A DNA stretch of 63,537 bases, filler included, from Chiloscyllium plagiosum (lineage: Eukaryota), in the NCBI RefSeq assembly GCF_004010195.1. It is 3 parts of one record of this genome, joined end to end, with 100 filler letters (N's around TTAATTAATTAA, not from the genome) between each part and the next. Parts side by side here need not be neighbours in the genome. Positions count along the whole stretch, not along the records: positions 1 to 26,428 come from NC_057714.1; 2 more parts are not named here. One strand, 5' to 3'. Positions 1 through 12,455 of the stretch are shown piece by piece (position 1 is the first letter of the stretch; every line of letters starts with the position of its first letter). The notes under the pieces were generated by a model. That model was not told the DNA's origin, ran no database searches, and saw nothing but the letters and a program-made list of their open reading frames with translations. The translations under genes were made by a program, and so were the position numbers.

Positions 1-748
1 TGTTAAGAAGGCATACAGTGTTTTGGCCTTTATTAATAGAGGGATTGCGTTCCAGAACCAGGAGGTTATGCTGCAGCTGTACAAAACTCTGGTATGGCCA
101 CACTTGGAGTATTGTGGTCACCGCATTATAACAAGCTTTGGAAAGAATGCAGAGGAGATTTACTAGGATCTTGCCTGGTATGGAAGGAATGTCTTACGAG
201 GAAAGGCTGAGGGCCTTGTGGCTGTTCTGGTTAGAGAGAAGGTTGAGAGGTGACTTAATAGAGACATACAAGATAATCAGGGGGTTAGATAGGGTGGATA
301 GGGAGAGCTTTTTTGGAAGGAATGTCTTACGAGGAAAGGCTGAGGGCCTTGTGGCTGTTCTGGTTAGAGAGAAGGTTGAGAGGTGACTTAATAGAGACAT
401 ACAAGATAATCAGGGGGTTAGATAGGGTGGATAGGGAGAGCTTTTTTCCAAATATGGGAACGGCAAACACGAGGGGACACAACTTTAAAGTGAGGGGAGA
501 TAGGTATAAGACAGATGTCAGAGGTAGTTTCTTTACTCAGAGAGTAGTAAGGGTATGGAATGCTTTGCCTGCAACGGTAGTAGATTCGCCAAGTTTTAAG
601 TGCATTTAAGTCGTCATTGGACAGGCATATGGACAAAACATGGAATAGTGCAGGTGGGATGGGCTTCAGATTAGTATGACAGGGTGACGCAACATTGAGG
701 ACGCAACAAAGGGGCTGTACTGCGCTGTAATGTTCTATGTTCTATGTG
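1..748 (+). mobile_element. CR1-clade LINE 3' fragment (ORF2 C-terminus and 3'UTR) with an internal 133-bp tandem duplication
   Basis: Peptides [32 protein letters not shown] and FFTQRVVRVWNALP are typical of the CR1 ORF2 C-terminus; ends in a (TGTTCTA)n tail. Confidence 0.92.
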
Positions 749-2260
749 TTACTCAGTTAGAAACAGTAGACAGTGGAGGACTGGAAGGGAAATGGATTGG
801 GGATTAAACAGACCCATTGCCACAGCCTGATGGAACACTTAATTGAGTATCTAGGGACTTTTTGTCATCAGAATTGTTGTGACCTGAGTGAGAGAGGATT
901 CATAATGTCTCCTTCAGTCCATCTCAGGTCTGTATCCTTTGAAAGTCAACTTCCTCTCCACCCCAGTATAGGGATGCAGAATAAACCCGGCTCTCTGTAA
1001 GAAATGGTAACTTTAGAAATCTGCTCTGAGTACTCCTCCTGAGCTCTGATGAAGGGAATACGTTGACCTGTCTTCAAATCGTGCCTCAGCTGTGTGTGTT
1101 TAATCCAGCAGTTGCTTTTTTTAGCTTATTTATTGCTGTGTTACAAGTCAATTGCTCAAACACGAAACTTACTAGGCACTGTATTGAAATGCCATTCGAG
1201 TTAGGAAATGGAGTCGGAGACAGAAACACACTCAAGTGTAAGGAACAGACATTATTGGCTGGTGCTGTGAGAAAGAGTACGTTGAGAACAATAGACTTGT
1301 TTCCAACCCCACAATGGCTGAACTAAACTTGACATGTTAATGGAAATTTGTCAGACTTAACTGCAGCAGATCCCCTTAACAGTGAGTTAACTGAAACATA
1401 AGTTTACAACCATTTACAATGATTCAGTTTGCACTGAATAATTTGCCAACTCAAACAGGTGTTGTCTAAATATTTTTCACCCATTTTATGTTCCTTTCTC
1501 GCTTCTTATGTTAGCATTCCTCTTTTAATATTCAGATCGAAAGAAGTCAGTTATGAAATATTAACAAAAGCCCAGGGTCATACAATGGAAATAAAGGGTG
1601 TGCAGGAACTGAAAAATCCAGTGAGACAAGTGATACCAGGGAACAATGATTGATAATATGTAAATGGCTGTAAACCAGAAACTATGTTCTCAAACAGGAT
1701 TTCTGAGTTCAAAATAGAGATCTGATTGACACTTGCATGGGTTGGTCAGAAAGAGGCTCCCATTGGCAAAGATCCAGCTTAGTTACCACACCGAAAAGGA
1801 TCAGTATTTACTGAGTGTGATTTGCCTGAATATTGTGTGCTTTGACCACAGAGGCCTCGCTGGAAACAATCAAGTGTACACATGCCCACAGTTCATTATC
1901 ACGAAAGCTTTGAGCCTGCAGCTGTTAGCAATGGACATCAAGTTCAGTTTGACCCAAATATACGTGTGAACACGCTGGACCGGCCACCAGATGCATGTCA
2001 TCACGTATCAGCGAGTATAAGTGCAGCCAAATGCTTCTTGGAGCATTCGTCCTGTTACTGGAGCAATATTGTCGAAATAAAACGCTCATACACACAGCAG
2101 GACAAAACGAACAGATGTATCGAAGTGTAAGCTGACAACTTAAATCTGGAATGTTCCAGTTATTGTTAAAAGTTTCTTAAGGAAGTCTGAGAGAGTTAAT
2201 GGCGACAATTGGTGTTTGTAAAGATTTACCAATTTGCAAACTCGGTGCAAACCATTGATG

Positions 2261-2924
2261 CTGAAAATGTGTTGCTGGAAAAGCGCAGCTGGTCAGGCAG
2301 CATCCAAGGAGCAGGAGAAATGACATTTCGGGCATGAGCCCTTCTTCAGGAATGAGGAAAGTGTGCCAAGCACGCTAAGATAAAAGGTAGGGAGGAGGGA
2401 CTTGGGGGGAGGGGTGTTGGAAATGCGATAGGTGGAAGGAGGTTAAGGTGAGGGTGATAGGGTGGAGTGGAGAGGGGGGAGTGGGGGGGAGTCCACGCGA
2501 CAGCTGGAGGAAGAGCGCCTCATCTTCCGCCTAGGAACCCTCCAACCACAAGGGATGAACTCAGATTTCTCCAGTTTCCTCATTTCTCCTCCCCCCACCT
2601 TGTCTCAGACCCAACCCTCGAACTCAGCACCACCTTCCTAACCTGCAATCTTCTTCCTGATCTCTCCGCCCCTGCCCCCACTCCGGCCTATCACCCTCAC
2701 CTTAACCTCCTTCCACCTATTGCATTTCCAACGCCCCTCCCCCGAGTCCCTCCTCCCTACCTTTTATCTTAGCCTACTTGGCACACTTTCCTCATTCATG
2801 AAGAAGGGCTCATGCCCGAAACGTCGATTCTCCTGCTCATTGGATGCTGCCTGACCTGCTGTGCTTTTCCAGCAACACATTTTCAGCTCTGATCTCCAGC
2901 ATCTGCAGTCCTTACTTTCTCCTA
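2261..2924. mobile_element. Fold-back (inverted) 3' end of a Penelope-like element, 14-bp TSD
   Basis: 2261-2470 is the reverse complement of about 2680-2887. The centre encodes RQLEEERLIFRLGTLQPQGMNSDFSSF, resembling a PLE GIY-YIG C-terminus. TSD gcaaaccattgatg at 2247-2260 and 2925-2938. Confidence 0.85.
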
Positions 2925-4254
2925 GCAAACCATTGATGACCAGGACTGAGGGTTGGATATCAAAAATAGCAGCTGCCACAGAATTCCCCATTCCACTCAT
3001 TTAGGTGTCAGTACAGTAAGACCTGCTCCCTTCAATGCTCAAATTGCTATTGGTCATAATTACAGCATGGAAATTATTGCACAAACTCTCATGTCAGTTC
3101 TCTTTATTTGCTATCTTAACACAGACATCTAATTGATCAAAATGAATAGGTAAATGCCTCCATTAAAGAGGCAGATAAATCACTTTGATAAGAACACAGT
3201 AAGTTTTTACAGAATTATATTTCACAAATTGGGTAACTCCCAATGGGGATTGCTTAGCTCATTGACTATATGGCTGCTGTATTGTGCAAAATGAGGCCAA
3301 ATGTGTAGGTTCAATTGGTACATCAGCTGCAATAGTTGACAGTGGCTGCTGCCTTGCTTTGCACCATGGGAGATGTTGCATGGTGCCCTCAATCATTTGT
3401 CTAACTACAACAGAAAAAGGTGTCATGAGCATACCCTCTCCATTTGTTCAACTTGCACTTCCTCCCACATTGTCAACCTCAGAAAATTTTACCCCTTTCA
3501 TTTCTGAAGAAGAGTTATATTGTTCCTGAAATATCTCTCTCCACAAGTGCTGCCAGACCTGCTGAGTGTCTCCAGCACTTTCGGTTTTTATTATCGATGG
3601 ATCCATTTGTTTCTCACAATTTCCTCTACCATTGTAACCTGAGGTAGACTGGGCATTGCCCAGGACCAAAAGTGACCACTGTCATACTTTTTAACGATCT
3701 GATCAGTGTAACAATCACCTGGCAGGCTGGCATTAATGTGTCCTTTTTCACCTTCAACTTGATAAGGTGAACAGCTCATTTTTTTGTTTTTATTTCAGAT
3801 TTCCAGCACTTGCAATGTTTTGATTTTCACAGATTGTAATTAAACCAGCCAATATTTGCAAAACCCATAGCACAGTGTCCAATATTAGATGTGATTATTC
3901 AGTTGGACAACATTTGCTGGATAAGCATTAAACTGACAATTAATGTAGGATTGCCAGTTGGGCTCACAGTGTGGTGCACATCCATACACTGGGAAGTATG
4001 CATATGAATGCGTCAGGCCCTGCCCTTGCAGAAAGAATGTGTACACGTATTGCGCCTGTTTCAACACAACAAAATAAGATTTAGCCTTTTGTTGGTTCAT
4101 TTTTCAGCTCAGTTCCTGAGTAATCAGAGTCAACCTGCCTGGTTTGAAATCTTTGCAGTTAATAGTCAATCATTATTAATTGCTGCATTCTCCATGCCAA
4201 CACTTCTACCAATCAGAATCCATTTGTTGGATAATCAATACTTTTCTTTCATAC

Positions 4255-4594
4255 AGCATAGGGTAAATAGGCAAAGTCTTTTCCCTGAGGTCAGGGAGTC
4301 CAGAACTGGAGGGCACAGGTTTAGGGGTGAGAGGGCAAAGATATAAAAGAGACCAACGGGGCAACGTTTTCACACACAGAGGGTGGTATGTGTATGGAAT
4401 GAGCTGCCAGAGGAAGTGGTGGAGGCTGGTACAATTGCAACATTTAAGAGGCATTTGGATGGGTATAGGAATAGGAAGGGTTTGGAGGGATATGGGTAGG
4501 GTGCTGGCAGGTGGAACTAGATTGGGTTGGGATATCTGGTCAGCATGGACGGGTCTGTTTCCATGCTGTTTATCTCTATGACTCTATGACTCTA
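4255..4594 (+). mobile_element. CR1 LINE 3' end
   Basis: RVNRQSLFPEVRESRTGGHRF and the WNELPEEVVEAG-type sequence; (CTATGACT)n tail. Confidence 0.88.
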
Positions 4595-5486
4595 TAAATG
4601 TTAGTTTTCCCCTTGATTGGTATTCTAGCAAATTGTCCTGACAGGTCCAAAACAAAAAAGCTTTGACAAAATGGGTCTTTTTTCAGTGATACTCAAGTTC
4701 TGTACACACTGCCCAATGTCATTTTGCAAAGAAAGAATTTGTTGAAAAAATGAGTTTCAATTTCAAAATCGCAATTATCGATTCAGATAGAAATTTTCAA
4801 GGAGCGATTGTGCCGAGATAGAATCTTTCATTTTTCAAGAATTTACAGAGATGCCATTTATCTCTTTTGTTTCTCTGTCCAAGATGCGTTTGCCCAGATA
4901 GCAATTTGTCTCAGCTTTGAAATTGTTTAATAAATACTCAAGGAAAGAGGATTCATCATATGCACGAGTGTGTTTTCATAATAGGGTGCATTTAACAATT
5001 AATGTGTTTGATGTACATGATTAATGTAGGTACCATTTCCAATGGAGATATCAATCCCTAGTCCAGCTAGTCGCTGTCAGCATTGTGCATAGCACAGAAT
5101 GTAGGGTAATGATTTGAACTGAATTAGCTTCATTGTCACATGTACTCACATGAGTGCAGTGAAAACTTTACAAGTCAACACTTACAGCACCAGCTCAAGT
5201 ACAAAGGTACCTAGTACAGACTCTTAAACACAAGTTCTTAGGAAAAAGAATAGAAAAATAAAGAAATAAAAAGTCCACCATTACAGACCTTCAAACCTAG
5301 AAAATCATAGTAATAAATTAGAAATAAAATGTTCAGAACAACATTCCTCCTAAAATAATACAATGAAAAAGGAAGAAATGTTTTAAAAATAAATTTTTTA
5401 AAAATTATTTTCTTTTCAAGGGGGAGAAATTATCTCAAATTAAAATACGCATCTCATGCACAATGTTAGTCTGTTCCAGACAAAGT

Positions 5487-5775
5487 CGAGTGGCACAATA
5501 GTTCAGAGGTTAGCGCTGCTGCCTCACAGCCAGGGACCCGGGTTCAATTCCAGCCTCAGGCGACTGTCTGCTTGGAGTTTGTACATTCTCACCGTGTCTG
5601 TGTGGGTTTCCTCCAGGTGCTCTGGTTTCCTCCCACAGTCCAAAGATGTGCAGGTCAGGTGAATCGGCCATGCTAAATTGGGGTAAATATAGGGGAGGGG
5701 AATGGGTCTGCGTGGGTTACTCTTCAGAGGATCGGTATGGACTTGTTAGGCTGAAGGGCCTGTAGCGACTGTAAT
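5487..5775 (+). mobile_element. tRNA-derived V-SINE (HE1-like)
   Basis: A-box/B-box head (gggttcaattcc) plus the V-domain core ggagtttgtacattctc...ggtttcctcccacagtccaaagatgtgcaggt. Confidence 0.85.
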
Positions 5776-7109
5776 CAAAGGCGAGAATTACTATCAATTA
5801 TCAGCCTGATTGAAAAAATGGAAGTTAACCAGGAGATAAATTATAAGGATGATGTGAAATGTTAACTCATCAGGAATAAGAGACCAATATTAGTAAAAGC
5901 ACATAGATAGAAAATGACTAATGACATGATAAAGATAAATATAATACTGAGCAAAGGTTGACTACGTTACAGTTATGTTATAGTCAATTTCACAAGTAAT
6001 CGGTGGTAATTATTTATGTTAAATATTTAATTATTTACAACCTCCATAATTGATGGAGTAAATATGATTGTCTCAGTCTTATTTTACAGAACAATATTTA
6101 CATTGAATTTAGTTTGAAAGTATAAATGGTGAACTTAAGATGGAACCAAAATTAAAAATACAATGACAGTGGAGTTCTGTCCGTGGTTTAAATGGAAAAG
6201 GACTCTGTCAGACCACAAATGCAGATTTACATGCAATTATACTTTGCTTGTATATGCAGTGGCTTGATGGTGTTTCTGGTACTGATATTAAACAAAGAAA
6301 CCAACTTTGTACTTCCATGAAGGATTGCACAGTAACAATCATTTGCCTTTGAGAACTGGACTGAACCAGTCAGGTCTGAAATTCATACCTTCCATTTACC
6401 AGCATGTCTCCTCGCTCCGAGTTTCACAATGCCTTGTTTTCAGTTTCGAGTTTATCGATAATGTAGGTCACCAGCACCTGGGACACAATAGGAAAGATGA
6501 GCGGGAGATAAACCTAATGGGTTGGGACATGGGAAATGGCTGTTTTTGATGCTTGTACATTTTAATTCTTCTCACAAGTTCTTTTTGGCGCTATTCAAAT
6601 ACATTTCAATGAGACTAACACAGAGAGGAATGCCACATGAACATAATGAATATAATAAACTCACACTGTCAACAGCTGACCTGCTGAGTATTTCCAGGTT
6701 TTCCTGTTTAACTTACCTCCCTCAAATGAGTCAGTTGTTAGAATGCCAGTCCTGAGAAAACTGAGCACAGAGGGACGATTGGCAAAAGAATCAATGGCGA
6801 CGTGAGGAAAATTTGAACTCAACGATGCAATGCTCTCTGACTGTGTTGTGATAAGGTTCAATTGAGGCTTTCAATAGGGGGTAGGATAATTAGCCGAAGG
6901 GAAAACATTTGCAGAGCCATAGGAGAAGTTGGCGAGTTGTTCTTCCAGAGAGCCTGTGTGGACAAGATCAGCCGAATGGACTCCTTCAATGTCATAACCA
7001 GTCAATGCTTCCACATTAAGGGTTAATACCTACAACACAGGAGTACAAAGAATATTCTTGAGTTTCTATTGTTTTCTCCAGAATCAAAGTTAGGTCATTG
7101 AAAAATGTG

Positions 7110-7282
7110 GCACTGGAAAATTATCCAAGGAGCAGGAGAGTTTACGTTTTGGGCATAAGCCTTTCATTATGCCCAATATGCCAACACTCCTGCTCCTCAA
7201 ATGCTGCCTGACCTGCTGTACTTTTCCAGCTCCACCCTTTTCAATTGTGACTGTCTAACATCTGTAGTCCTCATTTTTCCTG
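7110..7282. mobile_element. Short degenerate palindromic PLE-end element
   Basis: Same family sequence as 2261-2924 in both orientations; flanked by direct repeat attgaaaaatgtg (7097-7109, 7283-7295). Confidence 0.7.
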
Positions 7283-7399
7283 ATTGAAAAATGTGTCAAA
7301 AATGTCATAAGACATCGGAGTCTGCTCTGCCATTCAAACATGGCTGATACGTTTCTCAACCCCATTCTCCTGCCTTCTCCCTGTAACCCTTGATCCCCT

Positions 7400-8033
7400 T
7401 GAAGATCTACGTCCCCTCAAGAGGGGCCTCTTGGTTCGAGACCAGTCAAAGGAATTGACAAATGCGGTCTATTCAAAAAGCAAGGTTCATTAGTTTATTG
7501 AATTAAGGTACCTTGACACAATTCTATCCAGCAACACAGAGATTGAAGCTTCCGTGTTCCAGGGTGAATTTGCGCAATTACATTTGAAAATTACGCATTA
7601 TTTATATGTTTTTTAAGAAATAGCACAGCCTTAATTACAAGAAAGACCAATCACATATAATAAGGTGACATGATTTACAGCAAGTTATTCCAATGATATT
7701 TCCTGGGAAAGGGTTCTTAATTACAAGAAAGGTCCAATCAACCATAATAAGGTGACATGATTGAAGACAGGCTAATCCAATGGTATTCTATGCTAAAAGA
7801 TACCTTATTTACATAAATTGTCATGCCATGTACTGGTTCAAGGTTCGTTCAAATGGTCATTTAATGTGTCAGTATTCAGCTTTTGTCCTCTTATCTTTGA
7901 ACTGCAACTTAATTCTGCAAATCAACAGTATGGTTCACAGACCATTTTATAGTATTCTTTTAAATCGAGAAGCCATTTTGTTATAATAAAAATCTACATA
8001 TTGTGTTGCCGAAATTCAAATTTTAGATCCTCA
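7400..8033 (-). mobile_element. Solo LTR (ERV- or Gypsy-like, 634 bp) inserted in a CR1 3' fragment
   Basis: TG...CA ends with imperfect inverted termini (tgaagatcta / tagatcctca) and a 4-bp TSD ccct (7396-7399, 8034-8037). Removing it restores the CR1-type sequence gatcccctgaccaatcaagaa. Minus-strand TATA-like (~7600) and AATAAA (~7494-7499); internal ~46-bp direct repeat containing CCAAT. Confidence 0.8.
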
Positions 8034-9177
8034 CCCTGACCAATCAAGAATCTATCTACATCTTAAATACACTCAATGACTTGGCCTCCACATCCCTTCT
8101 GCGGCAATGAGTTCTACAGATTAACCCCTTGAAGAAATTCCTCCTCACTACAGTTTGAAAGGATCATTCCTTCCCTCTGTGGCTGTGCCCTCAGGTCCTA
8201 ATCTCTCCTACTATTGGAAACATCCTCTCCAAGTCCACTCTATCCAGGACTCTCAGTATCCCATAAGTTTCAATCAGATCTCCCCCTCATCCTTCAAAAC
8301 TCCATTGAGTACAGTCCCCACTCACATGCCCTTCATCCCCGAGGCTGGGAGAGGCCTTCATGTTCAGAGGAGCAGCAGCTTCAATGGAAGGGAAATGCGA
8401 GCAGATGCTTCAAGATAGAACCATTCCAACATTTTAACATTTTAAATTTCAATTTAAGAAGCAGTTTTTGAAGTCAGCCACTGTTGATGGAGTGGAGGGA
8501 TGGTAATACAAATGGTAAATGATGGAAATACTCTGCAGGTCTGGCAGCTGACAGCCTCTGTGATACTTTGCTTTTGGACTGTGGAGCAGTAAGGCTCCGT
8601 GCAGTGACTGCAGCACCCAGGTAGGAAGGCAGCAGCCATGGACCTGCCTAGAACACTGCCCACCTGATTTTCCCCCTCCTGCCACAAGGAGGCAACCCCC
8701 AGACCCAGTTAAAGCACAACCTACCTTCCCACCCCCGCTTACAGGAACCTGGGATCCGACTGGAAAATCCGACAGGTCGCTAGTGGCCCTTGAGATATGC
8801 ACTATATGCTGACAATGTCACCTTGTCACGTCCACCCTGCTCTCACCACCCACTTCCAAGAAAATGGCCCGGGATTGGTTAGAGCCAGAGAACTAGCTTG
8901 CCAATCCCCAGTGATTCATAGATTCATACAGCGCAGAAAAGGGTATTCAGCCCAGCCAGTCTGCACTGACATAGTGGTACCACTACTAATCATAATTACC
9001 ACTAATCCCAATTTCCTGCACTTGTCCCATATCCCGTAACTCCATTGCTAAAGCCAATAATCTACCTGTGGAGTTGTTTGAACTCTTAACCTTTTAAACA
9101 TACTCCTAATGGAGTTACATCTATCAGCAGCTCATTGCAAATTCCCTTAATTATCATCATAACAAGTCAGCCCCATC

Positions 9178-9331
9178 CATAACGTCACATATCCCCATAA
9201 ACATTACAGAGCCCCACAAACATTACAGAGCCCCACACCGTTACATATCCTCAATAAATATTACATAGCCACATAACATCACATATCCCCATAACATCAC
9301 ATATCCCCATAAACATTACATAGCCCTATTA
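9178..9331. repeat. Degenerate 18-19 bp minisatellite (ataaacattacatatcccc-like)
   Basis: About 8 units visible; the array resumes after the SINE at about 9613-9638. Confidence 0.8.
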
Positions 9332-9612
9332 AGGGCGGCACAGTGGCTAGCACTGCTACCTCACAACACAAGGGTCCCAGGTTCAATTCCAGCCTGGGGT
9401 GACTATCTATGTGGAGTTTGCACATTCTCCTTGTGTCTGTGTGGGTTTCCTCCTACAGTTCAAAGATGTGCAATTCAGGTGAATTGGCCATGATAAGTTG
9501 CCCATAGTGTTAGCTGTACTAGTCAGAGGGAAATGGGTCTGGGTAGGTTACTCTTTGGAGGGTCGGGTTGGCCTGAAGGGCCTGTTTCCATACTGTAGGG
9601 AATCTAATCTAA
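9332..9612 (+). mobile_element. V-SINE (HE1-like)
   Basis: gggcggcacagtggctagcactgct head, V-domain and (AATCT)n tail. Confidence 0.88.
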
Positions 9613-10889
9613 GCATTACATAGCCTCACAAACATTATTCTTTAACCAACAGATTCAGACACTCCTCCAGGGTAGTTGGGATTTAAACTCACACCTGCAT
9701 AGCCCAGTCATAACAAACACAATTCAGCTGTAATTTGATGACAAAATCCTTTTTATCTTTTCAATTTATCATTCTACTCCCTTCCTCCCTCCCCGAGTAA
9801 CCCAGCAGAAACCCTGCAAGGAAAAAGCCTCTGGCTAAGTGCGAGTAAAGGGGCACCATGCTCAGGGATTGGAGCTGTGTTCTAGTATAAACTGAGTGTT
9901 AAACTATTTAAATTCCTGAGTCAGGCTGTGCTTGGAGTTGAGGGAAGGTGCATTCGCTCAGCTGTAGGTAAGCTGAGCCAACTGTGCGCAAATTCTTCAT
10001 ATCACTGCACAGCCCTGATCTGTAACAAAAATCATCTGCAGATATACTTCCTGAACATCTCCACAAAACAACATCAATCCAGCAGGAGTGTGCTGAGGAC
10101 ATTCTCCTCCCTATTACCCAGCACGCCACTGCACACTGAGGTGGCACTGATCAAGTCAAACTTCGAATGCATGAGGTAATAAAATGAACATTTGCTTTTC
10201 AACCCATACTCTGAGGACATAATGTCAGACTCATTGCTGATCCAAGTTTCATGGAGATGGTGACAAAGCTAATAACATAAGCTACTAAGAGAACTTAGAA
10301 GACTACTTGTCTAAACTTTGGAGTTATTTCAAATAGTGGTTACTGTGAAGAGAAATTTCCATGATTATTTGAAATACTGGAAATTGAAAAGCTATAAACT
10401 ATAGAGTATACCTGATTACTGTTTCATTCTTAGATATACCAATGGTATGACTCTATGAGTCAACCCTAGGCATAAAAGGAAAAACACTTTCTCTTCTTTC
10501 CTAGAATCTCATAGTTGGCAACCAAGTGAATTTCACTTTGAATTTACTTTCTAGAAATAGTACTGGGATACTCCGAAACAGCATTCCTTATCCAGTAAAC
10601 ATGTACGTAAATGTACACATTCCACAATGAAATGAATTAAGGAATTAGACCACCATGTCTCTCCTTCCAGTTAGACTTAGGGAAAGAAAGAACTTGTTTT
10701 TGACGTAGGATCTTTCATAACCACAGGATGATCCAAAACATTTGGAATTGTTTAAATACTTTTAGAAAATACTCTATAATCATGTTGAAAATGCAGCAGT
10801 CAGTTTGCACACAGCAAGGTCCCAGAAACATAAGAATTACAGGGATGTTGTTGCAATTGCAAGTAGTTCTAGAGGTAAAATGAACTTCT

Positions 10890-11820
10890 CATAGAGTTAT
10901 AGAGTCAAACAGCATGCAAATAGACCCTTCAGTCCAACTAATCCATGCTAACCGTGTTCCAAAACTACATAGTCACTCCTGCCTGTGTTTGACCCATATC
11001 ACCCCAAACCTTTTCTGGTCATGTACTTAACCAAATGTCTATTAAACATTGTAACTGCACCTGTATCCATCACTCCCTCTGTGTAACTAACTATTCTCTG
11101 TGTAAAATGTTGCCCCTCATGTGGTTCTAAATCTTTCTCCTCTCACTGTAAACATATGCCCCACCAGTTTTGAATTCCCCACCCTCTGGAAAAGACCCTT
11201 GTCATTCACCTTATCTGTGCCCCTCATGATTTTATAAACCTCTATAAGGTCACCCCTTAACCTCCTACACTGCAGTGAAATAAAAAACCCCGCCTATCCA
11301 GCCTCTCCTTATAAGTCAAAACTTCCATTTCAAGCAACATCCTGGTAAACCTTTTCTGCATGCTCTCTAGTTAAATAATATCCTTCCTATCACAGGGTGA
11401 CCAGAACTGCACACAGTACTCCAAAGAGGCCTCCCCAACATGACATCCCAACTCCGATACTCAAAGGTTTGAGCAATGAAGTTAATCATGCAAAACACCT
11501 TCTTAACCACGCTGGAGAAAGTGAGGACTGCAGATGCTGGAGACCAGAGTTGACAGTGTAGTGCTGGAAAAACACAACAGGTCAAGTAGCATCCAAGGAG
11601 CATGAGAATCGATGTTTCGGGCAAAGGCTCTTCAGCAGGAATGGGCTGATGAAGGGCTTTTGTCCAAAATGTTGATTCTCCGGCTCCTCAGATACTGTCT
11701 GACTGTCAGCACCACATTCTCACTTCTTCACCATCCTGTCTGCCTGTGATGTAAATTTCAAAGAATTATGTCCCTGAACCCTAGGTCTCTCTGTTCTACA
11801 ACACTACCCAGGGCCCTACA
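10890..11820 (-). mobile_element. CR1 LINE 3' fragment interrupted by a palindromic PLE-end element (~11512-11722)
   Basis: Reverse-strand CR1 ORF2 end and tail. The insert is flanked by the near-direct repeat cttcttaacca / cttcttcacca. Confidence 0.82.
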
Positions 11821-12455
11821 TTGTTTTTTTTTTGTTAGATGTTGCTGTTGCTGTTGCTGAATAAAAATGAATGCTTTGAAGTGTTTGAAGGCTTTCCAGT
11901 ATGTGCAGGTCCCACACTAAACAATACTAAGATGCTGAGCTACAGTGAGCATTGGGGAAAATGTAACACTGATGTAAGAAAACTTATAACTGCAATGTGG
12001 CTTGGTGCTCAAACAGTGATAGATGTACAAATGTGTATTTGCAACAGCAATAAACTCTTAGCCATGCCACCAATGTAGCCCAAGAACAATGTTTGCTCAA
12101 AAGCCCATATGCAGCTGCTACACAAACCTGCAACCAATAAGAAAATTAAAAGGAATATCACCTGAGAACACTGATCTGGGATTGTTGTACCATGATGTAT
12201 ACAATGAAGGGCAACTCTGGACTGCCAACACTTGATCGGCTGCACAGCGGTCATGGTAAAATATCATACCAGTGCTGGAGAACCCAGGGTATCCCAACAG
12301 TAGCAAGAACTTCTGCCTATGGCAAATTGGATAATAGGATGAATAGGGCATCATAGGGGTGTGGTGTAAATTTAATAAAGCAAGTGAGACGATAGCAGCA
12401 GAAAACTGAACAGGCCTCACAAACAGAAATCCTTCACGCAACTTGCCAGATATTG

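Noticed and set aside
5487..5560. tRNA-like A/B box sequences here and at other SINE heads
   Set aside because: Each continues into a SINE body and lacks a full cloverleaf, so they are not tRNA genes.
9178..9331. Regularly spaced short repeats suggestive of a CRISPR array
   Set aside because: The units are contiguous and degenerate with no unique spacers, there are no cas genes, and the context is vertebrate. It is a minisatellite.
12060..12320. Exon-like minus-strand segments with AG/GT boundaries (QKFLLLLGYPGFSSTG...; GLCSSCIWAFEQ...)
   Set aside because: No frame resembles UBE3C or any protein I recognise, and the implied intron between them is implausibly short (~35 nt).
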